A stretch of 64,000 nt of DNA, taken from NCBI RefSeq assembly GCF_037042905.1, contig NC_087251.1, positions 17,672,001-17,736,000 of the forward strand, written 5' to 3'. The notes under the pieces were generated by a model, which made no database searches, had not been told where the DNA came from, and saw nothing but the letters and a program-made list of their open reading frames with translations. Positions within the stretch are counted from its first letter, which is position 1; each line of letters opens with the position of its first letter. A program made the position numbers and the translations under genes. Source of the stretch: Lytechinus pictus. Lineage: Eukaryota. Positions 50,536 through 64,000 of this stretch are shown one piece after another.

Positions 50536-50818
50536 TATATTTGACTGGTGGAAGTTCCCATTTTTAACAGCATCGTAAACTCATCACTGGTGCGCTTACG
50601 TGCTGTAGAAATTGTAGCGTATTCAAAGAGACTATACCATTCTTTCAACCGCTCATGAAAGCCGTTATCATGCAAATGCGCTTGAGGTAGTTTAAAAATT
50701 AAAAGGACGAAATAAAACAGATCGAAAGCGAAAGCGAGAATGGTGTGAATATTATATTTACATAGACTGCACTCGCGGCTGCAATGTCACCCAACTCATT
50801 TTAGTAACAAGTGTACAA

Positions 50819-53800
50819 CTTTTTTTGTATTAAGTAGTTTTTATTGACAACTTAAATATATATACAAAATGAAATACATATAAGTTTGATGTCTTTACAA
50901 ATTGATAAATACCTTGACAACTCCTAAATTTAACATGTCAGACATCTTCCAATACATGATAAATAACATTAATGATAATAATATGCATTAAGAATAAACT
51001 TCTACAATAAATTCAACATATTCAATATTTTTCCAGTGTCAAAAGTGGAAAAAAAAGAGATTTTCCAAATACATAAAAATAAATCATTATTAAAACCTTA
51101 ACGAATTGAAGCCATTAACATAAAAAAAAACCCATCGCCTCGGCCTCTTCACTCAAACTCAGCCCTGGACCCTACCCCCCCCCCCCCCCGAAACACTAAT
51201 CCCCTGATCCGGTGCATGGAGAACTGGCTCTGGGTTCCAATTAATGGTCTAATGTTTTTAAGTTTTCCCATTTAGAGAAATGGATTGTAAGAGTCCCCCT
51301 CTTTGTTGCCAATTTCCTCTAATACAATTTTTTTTTCATTCAATGAAGGAGGGTTTTTAAGTCTCGGTTTTTGTAATTAACTAAAATAAAAAACATGATT
51401 AATTAATTGATATTTACCTTTACTTCTCTCCTGCTTCCCGAAAAGAATCTCCTGCCAACTAAGTTTATTTATTTCAAAATTTAAACTTCTTGCACACAGA
51501 TCCCAAAGTGATTTTGAAAATTCACAGCTATAAATAGATGTTCATACGTTTCTTCTTCCTTTTCACAAAATGAGCATAAATTGGTCGAAACAAGACCAAA
51601 ACGGAGAAGGTGGTGGTTATAGTGTATATAATATTAAAGAGTTTATACTGAAGCTCCCTTTATCGACTATTCAGTGTGCAATATCTTAGTCTAAAAATAT
51701 ACTTTCTAATTGGTAAGATCATCGTTCTAATTCTGTCGAAAATAGAGGGTTTAATTTTATTTTTATTCAACAGCTGTTCGTATATTTCTTTTGATTTTAA
51801 AAACATTATATTAGTTGTTTTCTTACCCAAATTGAAATCGATTCCAGAGTTATGTTTTTCATTTATTTCGATATTGTTCTTCCAACTAACGGGTAAACAG
51901 GCATAAATATGCTTGATCTTTTCAATATCATTTGCATCTAAATTCAAATTAAGAAAATGTCTATCACATTTTAGTTTACCATTATTTTCCAAAATATGAT
52001 GCAATTTTATAAACCTCTTTATCGTACAGAATTTTATCAAATATACAACTCCCTTTATATCGAATAAGCTTATTATTAAAAATCACCACTTTCCCAAACT
52101 CTGTACTTCTAATATGTCTTATATTTATCCACTCTTCTAATAGGTCCATGTAAAATTTGGAAGCTGTTACTTTCAATAAACCTGGTATATAGTCAGATGA
52201 AAATATCAAATCTCCACCCAAATGTTTAGTGGCAAAATTAAAGTACTGTTTCCATTGCATATCTGCATCTTTATTTAAAAGTTTTTTGATCCACATTATT
52301 CGATGTGCCTTTACCTGCACAGGGAAGTTTAGCATCTTTAATCCCCATTGCTCATAGTCTAAAAACATTGTATTCCTAATATCAATTTTGTCTTTCCTTC
52401 CTTTCCATAAGAAATCAAAAGTTGATTCTTCCAATGATTCATAAACCCACTTAGGAACACGAGTAAGAGACGCTCGATAGAGGACTGTAGAATAGATGCT
52501 AGTTGAATCTTCCACATAAGCGTTATATCCCATAGCTTCCAAAAGTTCAAGATTGTTTTAAGTTTGCTTAAGGTTTCTTTGTAATTTAGATCTTCTTTCT
52601 TATGTTCATCTAGGGTGAAAAATACTCCTAAAACTTTAAGAAAACCAGCCCCAGCCCCCCCCCCCCCCCCGCTTCCGCGGTCCATGATACCTCTTTCATA
52701 CTTTTCTTTCTGTTTTTCAGCGTTTCTCTCAAATTGAAAAGGACACTTTTTTGGTTGCCAAAATATAGGGGGCGGGGCCGGCTCGCTCCCCCCCCCCCCC
52801 CCCCCCCCCTTGGATCCACGCCTGTATAGAGTGTCAGTATAGTATACAAGACTTTGACCCATCTCTGAAAGGATGTACCAAAACCAAAAGCTGTCAGAGC
52901 CTTTTGAAGAAAATGATGTGATAACGAGTCAAATTCTTATTCTGGGATTGCCCTCGATATAAGCGTCTTTGGCTTTTTGGTAATTCCTCCGTAATCATAT
53001 AACATTATGTTCTGCTTCTTTGGGTGTTTTTTTGTATTTTTTGTAGCTTTTGGTACTGGTATTTTGTCATTTTTAATTAATTCTTGTTTGTATTCTTATC
53101 ATGTTTTTATATTGTACAATTTGAATTTGAATATGGAAATAGATAAATTGTATTGAACGCCTTCTCAAAATCTATAGCTATGATAGGAAGATAATCATCA
53201 TTTTCATATGATGACAAAACGTCCTTAGGCCCAGAATGTCCAGATCCTAGGTCAAAATAATAATAAAAATATCAACTAGCGCTTCGCACTTGCATCATTT
53301 ATTAAGTGCTATCCACATACACTTCACAATTTCCCTACACAGTGCTTTAGATAATGCTTGAATTCACCCTTTTCATACCGGAATATCAAATATTTTTCCG
53401 CTCGCGCTTCGCGCTTGCATTATTGGTTTTTATGATAAAAAATGAAATGCATTCATAATGCCCAGATTCTGTCTAACTCTATAACACGCGCACACATGTT
53501 TTAGATACTTAGCTTGATCTTTATTCAAAACGTGCTAAAATTATCCAGTTGCGCTCGCATTATTAATGTAGGAAGATACCAATTACCCATCCCTTTTCAT
53601 GATTTACAAAACATGAATAGAGTATCCCATTTTTAGGTCTGAAATCTCAATTTTTTCCCGCTCGCATCAATTGTTTAGTTTTATACCTAATATACCGTTT
53701 ATTTCAAAAAGTGCTGAGAATGTCAATTTTCTAGGTCGGAATGTATTTTAAAAAATATCTAAAAGTTGAAATGCATGCTCGCACTTGCATGCAGTGATTA

Positions 53801-54580
53801 TCTAGTTACATACGCATCTTGTTCAGGTTCACAAATATTGCCCAGAATATTCAATATTCAAGACAAAATACATGAAATTCCGAAAAAAAATCAGCTCGCA
53901 CTCGCACTATTTAAATAGGGCTTATGAGATTATTAAATTTTTTTAACGTTGATTTATAAGAATAAAGCTAAGATATGACTGTTAGGACATCTGCGTTTTG
54001 CGCCCCCCCCCCCCATTTTTCACGACCAAGAAAATGGGGAGAAAAGGAAAGGGAGGAGTGTAAAATATAGGCCTATAATTTTTCATAATATGTTATGTCA
54101 AAATCTATCACAAACTTTGATTTTTGTTATTAAAATGTCAACATTTTTGCTCATTCGCTCGCAACTTCATTTTACGCGATATGCCGTATCGAGCCCCCTC
54201 AAAATGTTTGGCTCATACGCCACTGAGACAACCCCTTCAAAGAAACAAACAAAAATCAACTTTGACGGAGCGGCCGATAGGAGAAATATGGGTGACAAAA
54301 ATTTTCGCCCCCCCCCCCCCCCGTTGGCGGGAGCTGGATGGGCCCCTGAAAGGTATACAGTAGAACTCCGAAGAAAGACCGTCATTTCCAGGTGATTTTT
54401 TATGTTTCAATTCTTTTAAAATTTCTAGACATTCTTTGTTACTTATTAACCCTTCACAAAGTTCTCGGGATGTCTCCGCCAATTTGGGTAATCCTTGAAA
54501 AAAATCATCAAAGAGGTTATCCGAACACACGCACTTTACTTTATCATACAATCTACAACATACAACCCTGTTTATGATCG
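50819..54580 (-). pseudogene. Fragmented L1/Tx1-clade LINE ORF2 interrupted by other repeats
   Basis: KKSPGNDGLSSEFY (about 54380), DFEKAFN (about 53160), FDFLWKGRKDKI and GLKMLNF (about 52350), NLCSFCEKEEETYEHL (about 51560); AATAAA and A-tail near 50845-50819; many frameshifts. Confidence 0.78.
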
Positions 54581-55922
54581 ATGCAAAAAAAATATATATG
54601 TGACTTGCAGAGATGCCCAGAAATGACACTGATGTATAGGGTGTACAGGCTTCCCTTTTTTCAATTTCTATGTTTCACCAACTGGATTACCAATTTCGAT
54701 CTTAGTTTCAGGGTGGATTATAACGACTGAAGAAATATGGAGTACCGGGTATGTAATAATAAGTGATAACGAATGCAATTTATTAGGCGCCATATCCATC
54801 TCGTAAGAGATGCTCAAGGCGCGCAAGTGAAGGGGGAGCAAAACAAAATAGCAAAATAACAAAAAATCATTATTGATGAAATGAGTTGGAGAGATGAGTT
54901 TAATCTTAAACGTTTCGACACACCCGCACTTGCTATCCTGGATATCTCGTGGGAGGGAGGATAAAGATGAACACAGTTTTACGGGGAAACGAGCAAGTCG
55001 GTGTCAGCTTTATTTAGTTTACATGTGACGAAATATCCAGCGAATTGTACAAAAATGATGAATAAACATACTGGTATCTACAGGCCAATACATGGTGTAG
55101 AAGAACTTTGCAAACTATTTCAGAATTATGCAAATTGAAGTGAGGTGTACGTGATCTTTTTAATCAAGGAACTGAAACTAAATCTACAGCTAGTGTATAG
55201 GCCTATATATAAAAGGTGTGGCCAACTTCTTTTTCCGACCTCCCGACGATGTATACAAAGTTTTCTTAAGATACGTCGATCAGCCATCCCAAAATGCCCC
55301 TTTCTAAAACAATTGCCTAAAGTAAAGAAAATATAAAACTGCAACCTGATAATAATCGTAATGACTGGAGTATAGGATTTTACTCAATCCATTATGTAGC
55401 AGCTACTTTTAATGTTTAAAGTGTTCACTTTAGATGTGTTTGAAATTTGGTGAACTTGAATTTGTTTTCGTACAGTTGTTAAGTTTGCATCTGTAAATAG
55501 GCCTGATAAAACTTTAAACAAGTGTTGACTGATGAACAGCCAGATAAACCTATCATCTTCAGAAAGATGTACAGGTATCCTGAGTAAGAATTATATTCAC
55601 ACTATGGACTTTGATAATCTTTAGCAGTGTGAATCACATCTTCACTAAACAGGCGCAGATATATCGGAGCAGAGGGGATCGATCACCCCCCCCCCCCCAA
55701 AAAAAAGGAAAAGGGATCATGAGAGAGACTGAATGATCGATATCGGGGGAGAGGATAGAGAAAAAGAGAAGAAAAAGTGGATGAGAGGGGAGAAAGAAAG
55801 ATAAGCAGCAGAAGAAAGGAAATTAACGGCCGAAAGACAGAGCGTGTCGAGTGCATGAACAAAGATATCGGTTCGCAGCCTCCTTATTGGCGTCGGAAAA
55901 GAGGGAGAAAAATGAGGAGATA

Positions 55923-56495
55923 GGGGGGGGGCCACTTTCATTGACGAGTGGATACCATGCGCGACCACGGGGTCTCGAAAAGCACCCTACACACGTATTT
56001 TCCATGTTCTGAAAATGCACCCCTTAACAAGTATTGGCATCTGAAACCCTACCCTTAACAAGTATTGGAAACAAAACTATAGTCTTGGCAAGTATTCCCT
56101 GAAATGAACCCCTAAACAAGTATACAGCGATATTTTATTGTTGTGTCACGGGTCAGTCGGTCGTCGGTTTTTACCTAATTTACACACCATTTGGTTTAGT
56201 ACGGCCCCACCTTCCTCACCTCGCGCAAATCAGGTCTCTAAACACGTAGTGTTGGGGCAAAAAGGACATCCTTTATACAACATTTTAATTTTGTTTTATC
56301 ATCCCCGCAAATTTGACCCTAAACACGTAGCTTACCTAGCGAAATAGATACCCTTTTTTCATTATTTTTGTGTTTTTGACACCCTTATCACGTTACGTAC
56401 GTAACGTGCCCTATCTTGAAAAAGACATCCTTTTTACGTGTTTTTTTGGTCGCGCATGGTATCCACTCGTCAATGTAAGTGGCCCCCCCCCCGGG
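55923..56495. mobile_element. MITE with G-run TIRs
   Basis: ggggccactttcattgacgagtggataccatgcgcgacc / ggtcgcgcatggtatccactcgtcaatgtaagtggcccc; internal 20-bp palindrome at 56389-56408. Confidence 0.8.
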
Positions 56496-56865
56496 GGGAG
56501 ATAAGAGATAAAGGAGAGCAAGGATAAACGAATGGGGAGAAAAGTGAAGAAAATTTGAAGGGAGAATTGGCAAATCGCAAACATTGAGGTCACTTATCAA
56601 AGTATAAATTCCGCGTGTGCTTCACGCTCGCATCCGTTTATGTCCTATATAATTTAAAGCCTTATTATTTGAAGTTTTGCGCTTCACAATTTCATTAATT
56701 TGTTTTGTAGGATATGCATCCCGTTCAAGACAAACATTGTTTGGCATGTCCCATTTTTAATCCTGATTACATACAGTAGGCCTACATAACAAAACTTTAG
56801 CTTGTGTTTTGGGATATATGTATGTATGGGTGTGTGTGTATGTACGGGCGTGTGTGTGTATGTAT

Positions 56866-59688
56866 CACTCGGTGGGAGACTGTTATTTCTATGCGATTTT
56901 GATATTTGCAAATTAACACAGACAATGCCACAATTTTATTCTGAAATGCTGACGGCTTGGCAAGATATGAGAAAATATAGATATACAAAAGAGGAAGTAA
57001 ACCCGATTATATTTAATAATAAGAATGTATGTGTAAGAGGTAAAATGATTTTTGATATTGATCTTTATAATAAGGGAATATACACTGTAGATCACATTTT
57101 TGATAACGGGGTTGTGAGACCTGTGGCTTATTTTCAAAATCTTGGGGTAACCGCAGATGAACTGCTCCACATTATTGATATAGTACATGCTATTCCAACT
57201 ACTTGGAAAAATGCCTATAGCTCTATTAAATTTATAAAGATTGACGATGAGAACTTCAATGTTAATTTGAATATCAGTAAGCTGGAAACTACTTTTGAGG
57301 TGATTAAATCAACAAGTGGAACGCCTCTGGCAGTCTCGCCTGCATTACGCGATTTAATATAGCAGCAGTGCTAACTTTGAAAACTACTATAAAATAATCA
57401 TTCACAAAAACATCATTCATATAATGACATAATACCACGTTCATTGACCATAAATGACATTTGAACGGAGACTTAAGACTGTCAACTACACCCATGTCCA
57501 CATTTCATTCACTCTATCCATAAACTTTCAAAGTTATGATGGCACTTCAACAATTACCCCAACATGGCCTAAGTTTATTGACCTTAACTGACCTTTGACT
57601 TGGTTTTGTGACCTGAAACTCACAGGGGATGTTCAGTAATGCTTGATTACTCTTATATCCCAAGTTTTATGAACTAGATCCATAAACTTAGGATGGTAAT
57701 TCAACAAATACCCCCAACATGGCCAAAGTTCATTGACCTTTAATGACCTTTGACCATGGTCATGTGACCTGAAACTCGTACAGGATGTTCAGTGATACTT
57801 GATTAATCTAATGTCCAAGTTTCATGAACTAGATCCATACATTTTCAAAGTTATGATGGTAATTCAACAAATACCCCCAACTTGGCCAAAGTTCATTTGA
57901 CCCTAAATGACCTTTGACCTTGGTCATGTGACCTGAAACTCAAGCAGGATGTTCACTAATACTTGATTAACCTTATGTCCAAGTTTCATGGACTAGATCC
58001 ATATATTTTCAAAGTTATGATAGTAATTCAACAAATACCCCCAACTTGACCAAAGTTCATTGACCCTAAATGACCTTTGACCTTGGTCACGTGACCTGAA
58101 ACTATAGCAGAATGTTCACTAATACTTGATTGACCTTATGCCCAAGTTTCATGAACTAGGTCCATAAACTTTCTAAGTTATGATGTCATTTCAAAAACTT
58201 AACCTTCGGTTAAGATTTTGAAAATAATTTTCCCAACATGGACTAAGTTCATTGACCCTAAATGACCTTTGACCTTGGTCATGTGATCTGAAACTCAGGC
58301 AGGATGTTCAGTAATACTTGATTAATCTTATGTCCAAGTTTCATGAACTAGGTCCATATACTTTCTAAGTTATGATGTCATTTCCAAAACTTAACCTTAG
58401 GTTAAGATTTGATGTTGACGCCGCCGCCGTCGCCGTCGGAAAAGCGGCGCCTATAGTCTCGCTCTGCTATGCAGGCGAGACAAAAACGATTTATAGTTGT
58501 TTTGTTGAAAATTTACGGGAAACTTATAATTTAACATTGAAAGATAAAAACATTAATTTGAATTTTACAGATGTTGAAATGTGTAATAGGCTTGCCCAAA
58601 CCAGGAGCATAACTTTGATTAGGAAACAAAGAGAATTCCAGTTCTTACTTTTACACGGGGCGATTTATACCAAAGAACGGTTATTGAGATTTGGGTATGT
58701 TAAAGACAGTTTATGCTCTTTTTGTGGCAGAGAAACCGAATCATACATTCATATTTTTCTAAATTGTTCCAAGGTAAAACCTTTATGGGAATTTTTTATT
58801 GAATATTTCTGTATGTCTGAATTAAGAGATTTAGAATGGAGAGATATACATTTGGGATTATCTGGAAGTACGAATAGAAATAATTGTGTAAACTGTATAA
58901 TCTTTTTCATCAAATATGCCATTTTCCAATCCAGAACTAATGGTCAGGTTCCTTCCTGCCATAAAATACAAAAATATATTGCGGAACGTAGGGATGAAGA
59001 AAAATGCTTAGCTATAAAATCGGGCAAATTGAGTTTGCATGTAAAGAAATGGGAAGAACTGAAGGTGAATGAGGCAGTGAATGCAAACAGGTGTGAAGCG
59101 TCTGCTGGTGCTGTGAGTATGTAATGGTATGTCCGCGTGTGAATGCGAGTGTGCAATGGTATATGTCCGCGTGTGAATGTGAGTGCTTGCTGCCAGGGAT
59201 GGGGTGTGGAAAAGGTTTTGTTTGTTTTATTTTGTTGATGTTGTGTTTTGTTTTCGTGTGTGCTTTATATATAAAATCTTTATTCAGATTATTGTGTACT
59301 TTCTAAGAATAAACATAGAGACTTTTTTTCTGTATTGTCTTACAAAAGTTGGAGGAATGGATATACATGTATAAGTACTTTTCTTTATTATGGGATAACC
59401 TCTTCACTTAAAAAAAGTCTGTACTTTTGATTTTTCATCATACAATACGGTATTTTTATACAGTAAATACATGTGAAATTACGAGGTTTTTGTTATTGGT
59501 ATTATGGGTTATGATAATATTTGTTCGAAAAATTTATATCAAGATGTATATTATTTCATTTGTTATATTGCTGTATAAGTGTACTTCGCTTTAATTTGCA
59601 TACATGTATTTGATTTATTACCCTTAATTGTATGTATGAAAAATGTAATAGTATCTGAATAAAGGCTAAAAAAGCAAGAAAAAAAAAA
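56866..59688 (+). mobile_element. 5'-truncated L1/Tx1-clade LINE (ORF2 C-terminus, 3' UTR, poly-A)
   Basis: Peptides LGGRLLFLCDF...PQFYSEMLTAW...IIFNNKNV and zinc finger CSFCGRETESYIHIFLNC; AATAAA at 59658 then an A-tail; possible TSD tgtatgtat. Confidence 0.82.
57311..58485. mobile_element. Helentron-associated (HINE-like) element with internal tandem array, copy 3, inserted in a LINE ORF
   Basis: Sub-TIR gtctcgcctgcat / atgcaggcgagac; 163-164-bp monomers; removal rejoins the LINE peptide IKS-KTIY. Confidence 0.82.
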
Positions 59689-59779
59689 TGTATGTATATA
59701 TTGGCTCATGATTCGCACCCATGTTATTTGCTTAGTGATACACGTTCATGAATTAAAACACTGCTTGAAATGTTCAGAT

Positions 59780-59942
59780 CAGGGCCCCATTGTATAAAAG
59801 TTACCATTATGGTAAATTTGCCATCCAATGGACTAGCTTCCATGGAATCCTTTATTTTGATTGGCTGTTGATCAGGGTTACCATGGTAGTTACCATTGGA
59901 TGGCAGTTACCATAATGGTGATTTTTCTGCAACGTGGCCTTG
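59780..59942. mobile_element. Short palindromic MITE; related copy at 63877-64000
   Basis: accattatggtaa..tgccatccaatgg / ccattggatggca..ttaccataatggt. Confidence 0.6.
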
Positions 59943-62009
59943 TGTATAATTATCAAAAAAACAATATTCAGCCAATGCTTTGATCAGATGCATTTTTGTT
60001 TACCTAGTGATATATATTAATCCTCTTCATTAATTGAAACCATGCTTGACATTTCCCCTTTTCAGGTCAGTATATCACAATTATACAGCATGTGCTCGCA
60101 TGTGATTGCTTTGCTCTTAAAAATTAATTATTTACCGGTGAAAAGCTCTGTTTTAAGTGAGTGAGGGTATGTATGTGCATACTTGTGTATCAGTCAAACA
60201 GAAGAACAGTGACACACTTTCACAAAGTGGATACAGTAATGTACAAGGTCACGACTAATACTCTTTGCAAAATCTTATTTATACAATTTGGTGAATTATC
60301 ACCACTCTTCCCTCTTATTTCTCTCTCCTTCCGCACTACCACCCCCCCCCCCCCTCTCTCTCAAAAAAGCAACATACAGTGTTTATCCCTGTAGACATGT
60401 ACCTGGCAGCTAATTCTGTAATGCAACAAACTTGCAACTGATTACAAATATCAACTACACATATTACTGGTTGATCAATTCTAACTTCAGCAAATAATCT
60501 ATACATAGCAAAGCAGGGCCCGGTCTAAAAAAGATGGGTGCAGTAGGATCAATCGAGACAAACTGCAATTTACTTTTGATCAATAGCATTTTGAGTTTGA
60601 ATTGAACCAGCCATAATCTGTAAATTTTCATTTGATTACAATTTTTTTGGGGGAGTTACAACCAATTGCAAGTCTCTCGATCCTAAGAAGTATATCTACT
60701 TCCAATTCTAATATCCACATTTTTCTTGGTTTATGTGTTCAGACCGTCACAGAAAACGAAGAAATGACAATGCAATACAGAATGGACAAGAAATACAGAC
60801 TTTATTCACACTTTCTGACCATATTTTAAATATCTTAGAATCTGTTAACCCCTAGTTTTCAAGCTCAAGCAAATATAAAGATTTTCTTTTCTGTTATGTG
60901 ACCTGCACTAGCATACAGTGTTTCCCCTCCCCCCCCCAAAAAAAAAATCCAGGACCAAGAAACAAAAAATAAAAATCAACTAAAACAAAATACAAACCAA
61001 AAGAAAGGATTTTTTTTGCGATGTATTAAAGTTCATTTTTTATTCTTTTTTTTAGGGGGGAGGTCATATACATATATATATATACATATACATATACCGT
61101 ATTTGTAACAAAAAATTGACACCTCACGAATCCCCATTTCAAGGAGAAAATATGTCATGAACGCATAACATATATGACTGGAAAGAGTATCTACTCCCAA
61201 ATGAATTGATACCATATTTATGTAGTATGTCTTCACACTTGGATAATCAGTAGGTCTTATTTGCAGTGATGTAAATTTTGACTTGCACCAAAATAAGGCA
61301 TGACTGCAATGAGTGAATCCAGATGCCAATGATGTCATAATCCTACATGAGTTAGTAAACATATTTGCAATCCCTTTTCAATGAAATTTACTTGAGAAAT
61401 GTTACTAAAAAATGTTGTTTAAACAATCATGTAAATCACTGAAAAGGTGATTTGAAATGGATGTTAATGCAACCGTTGTAGAAAACACTTGTCAAACGTC
61501 AGGTTTGGATGGTCCTTTTCAGGACCAACACTTGCCCAAGAAAGAAACATGATGTACCGTGAAACCTACTACACTATTATTCTTTGCCATGGAAACCTTC
61601 AGAAGTTACAGAAAAAATATTATTGTCCAACTTTTTAGATTTCATGAGTAATTGAGTATTAGCTCTAAAAATGCTACACTAAATAGAACCTCCAAATCAA
61701 TTTGTGCATTCCAAAGGTTTAGTCATTGATTGAAAAAATACTCTTTCATGAAATTATAAAAAAAAAATCAATTATGACTGTTCTGATCAAAATAATTGCT
61801 CATGAGCTAAAACTGAAATCCCACATTGCAACTTTGAGGCCACTATCAGTGGCCATAAACCATGGAAACCACTATTTTATTTTTACGTCTTTGTATTTAG
61901 GTTGTAATATCACATCTTCAACACTCAGGGAAAGGTTTTCCGTCACTTGTCTAACTCTAACACATTATCATCATGAAGATTCGATCAGAATGATTTATCT
62001 GAATCTAAA

Positions 62010-63487
62010 TCAAAAGTTCTTGCTTTTGCCCCTACTGAAGAATGTTTCTGATTCTTCTAATCCTCGTGTGCTGTGAATGACAGATGCTACAAGACCAAGT
62101 GTATGTCCAGACAGAGCCCCGATACAGCAAGAGACAGGCCATTTCTATAGGAAGGAAGGAAACAGATGTGAGATTTTCATATTCCACATAGATAGAATAT
62201 TGCTGTGTGATCGGTCATACATATGTATGTGAATCATGTAAAGAATAGTAGATTCGCCCAAACAAAAGATGGTGTTTTGCTTTTCACTAATATCCTTGAA
62301 GCTAACAGATTATGATGATAATGCAAAATAAATGTCACACATTGTTAAGGGCTCGGTTACATCGTTCTGTGCAAGCCTTGCGTGTGACCTGAGGGTGACT
62401 ATTTTGGCTACCCGCAGGTTGCCCGCATTGGAAAGTATCTCATACATATCTCAAACACAGTTGCCCAAAGGAGCACACGCAAGTCTGATTTGCATGCAGA
62501 AAAGTTTTGAACATGCTCAAAACCTGTTGACGGTGAGTTGTGGGTGATTGCCCGCAACTCATCCATAAGGCTTGCACGGAATGATATGATAGGGCCTTAA
62601 GTAATGTGAATATACCACTTTTTTGCACCAGACTATCAGGATGAGATGGGGATTCAAATATTGGTTAAGGATGACATTTTACATCCATTCCAGGGACCCC
62701 AGTGAGTTGGATTGCAAAGCAGACTTTTGTCTGAAACACATTTATACCTTCAATTTGTACAATATTGTGACAGCTGATATGAACATCAAGAAGCCAATAT
62801 CAACCGAATATTCATTAAGTTTCGATGTCCTGATATTTCAATGTTGTGCAGCCCCCAAAAATTGTGGATTCACTTTTTAACATAGAGAGCTGGGATTTGG
62901 AGGATAGATTTTTTTTATATAGATTATCTCATTATCAAAACAAAGCAACATTTCACAAAATGTTCAGATACAAGGTCTTGCCACCTATGAACAGAAGCCA
63001 TCCTTCATCAACAAAAAATATGTTCTTTCAATGAAAAAAAAAAACAGTATTTTTTTTAAAACAAAACATTATTCTAAACCATGAAGACAAAATCCAGGGG
63101 CCCATCTTACAGAGAGTTGCGATTGATCCGATCACTTGCAACTATGGAAAGTCAGCAAAGTCTACAAATAAAATGCATGTTTGTTCAAAAAAAATTCTAG
63201 ATATGAATGTATATCCATAAATTTATTGATTTTGTGAGAATTTGGTGTGTTCTCCTTTGTTTATAAAGGACATTTTGCAAATTTCCTGTAGAAAAAATTA
63301 TTACACCGATGGATTTCCATAGATTTATAATTGATCGGATCAATCGTAACTCTTTGTAAGACAGGGCCCAGGTCTTACCTGCCATGGTCTATCCCAATCA
63401 AGAGGTATAGGAAAAGCACCAAGCCACGCACCAAGTAGACTGAAGAATACAATGTATGCTAAACACGTCTCAACACCAGCATGTGGC
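62010..63487 (-). CDS. PIGF: Phosphatidylinositol-glycan biosynthesis class F (PIG-F/GPI11), last two coding exons; 5' part lies beyond the window
   Basis: Exon 63487-63379 encodes PHAGVETCLAYIVFFSLLGAWLGAFPIPLDWDRPWQ (family motif GAWLGAxPIPLDWxRPWQ). Exon 62144-62010 encodes KWPVSCCIGALSGHTLGLV...GKSKNF*. Sites are GT-AG, joined in phase 0. Confidence 0.92.
63098..63368. mobile_element. PIF/Harbinger-like MITE, same family as 37572-37840
   Basis: cag-GGGCCCATCTTACAGAGAG...CTCTTTGTAAGACAGGGCC-cag. Confidence 0.8.
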
Positions 63488-64000
63488 CTAGGAACATAAA
63501 AGATAGAAAAATAAATGTTTTAAAACTATCAATATTCATCTCACACATGGCTCACCTCATCACTGAAAGCATACATGCACAGCTTAATAATATTTTGGAG
63601 GAGGATCTAATCTTGAAGAATTAGCAACTATGAGCAATTTGAATAATGTTATACAGTGTAATACAACGTAATATAGGTATAAATGACCATTCAGACCACG
63701 GGAGAAGAAAGTGATCATAACAGGCAGGTAGCCTCTAAGAACAGGTTTCTATAGTACATGCTTAATTACAAAAGAGAGAGAGAAGAAAATGGCACTCTTA
63801 GAGATAAGTGGTAGTTTTAATTGGGGATAAAGTAGGTTTTACTGTGTCAACCTAGTCTAAATAATTATATCTTATCTGAGCCTTGTTGCATAAAATCTAC
63901 TACTGCTATTATGGTAATAACTTTACCATCCAACGGCAACTACCATGGTAACAATGCTCAACAGCCAATCAGAAGCATTGACTTCATGGAAGGTACCATT

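Noticed and set aside
58372..59124. 250-aa ORF as a host zinc-finger gene
   Set aside because: It is a chimera of the array element end and the LINE ORF2 C-terminal CCHC domain.

Overview
AT-rich, repeat-dense animal genomic DNA. It is probably a marine invertebrate deuterostome such as a sea urchin, inferred only from the style of the repeats. The main gene is a complete minus-strand CENP-F orthologue: 18 coding exons from 39083 to 7159, about 3713 aa, all splice phases consistent, N-terminus MSWFGDEWK, C-terminal CaaX box CKIQ. Upstream sits a 7.8-kb CsRn1-clade Ty3/Gypsy LTR retrotransposon (40183-47983) with apparently identical 874-bp LTRs, an AGCT TSD, a tRNA-Trp PBS and a GGGAAAC frameshift site. 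It is crippled by a gag deletion, a nonsense codon and a nested hAT that carries further elements. The right end holds the last two coding exons of PIG-F (minus strand). The rest is L1/Tx1 LINE remnants, three Helentron-type elements with internal tandem arrays, SINE fragments and many MITEs. I found no convincing new protein-coding system; the most interesting signals are the transposon architecture and its possible effect on CENP-F regulation.
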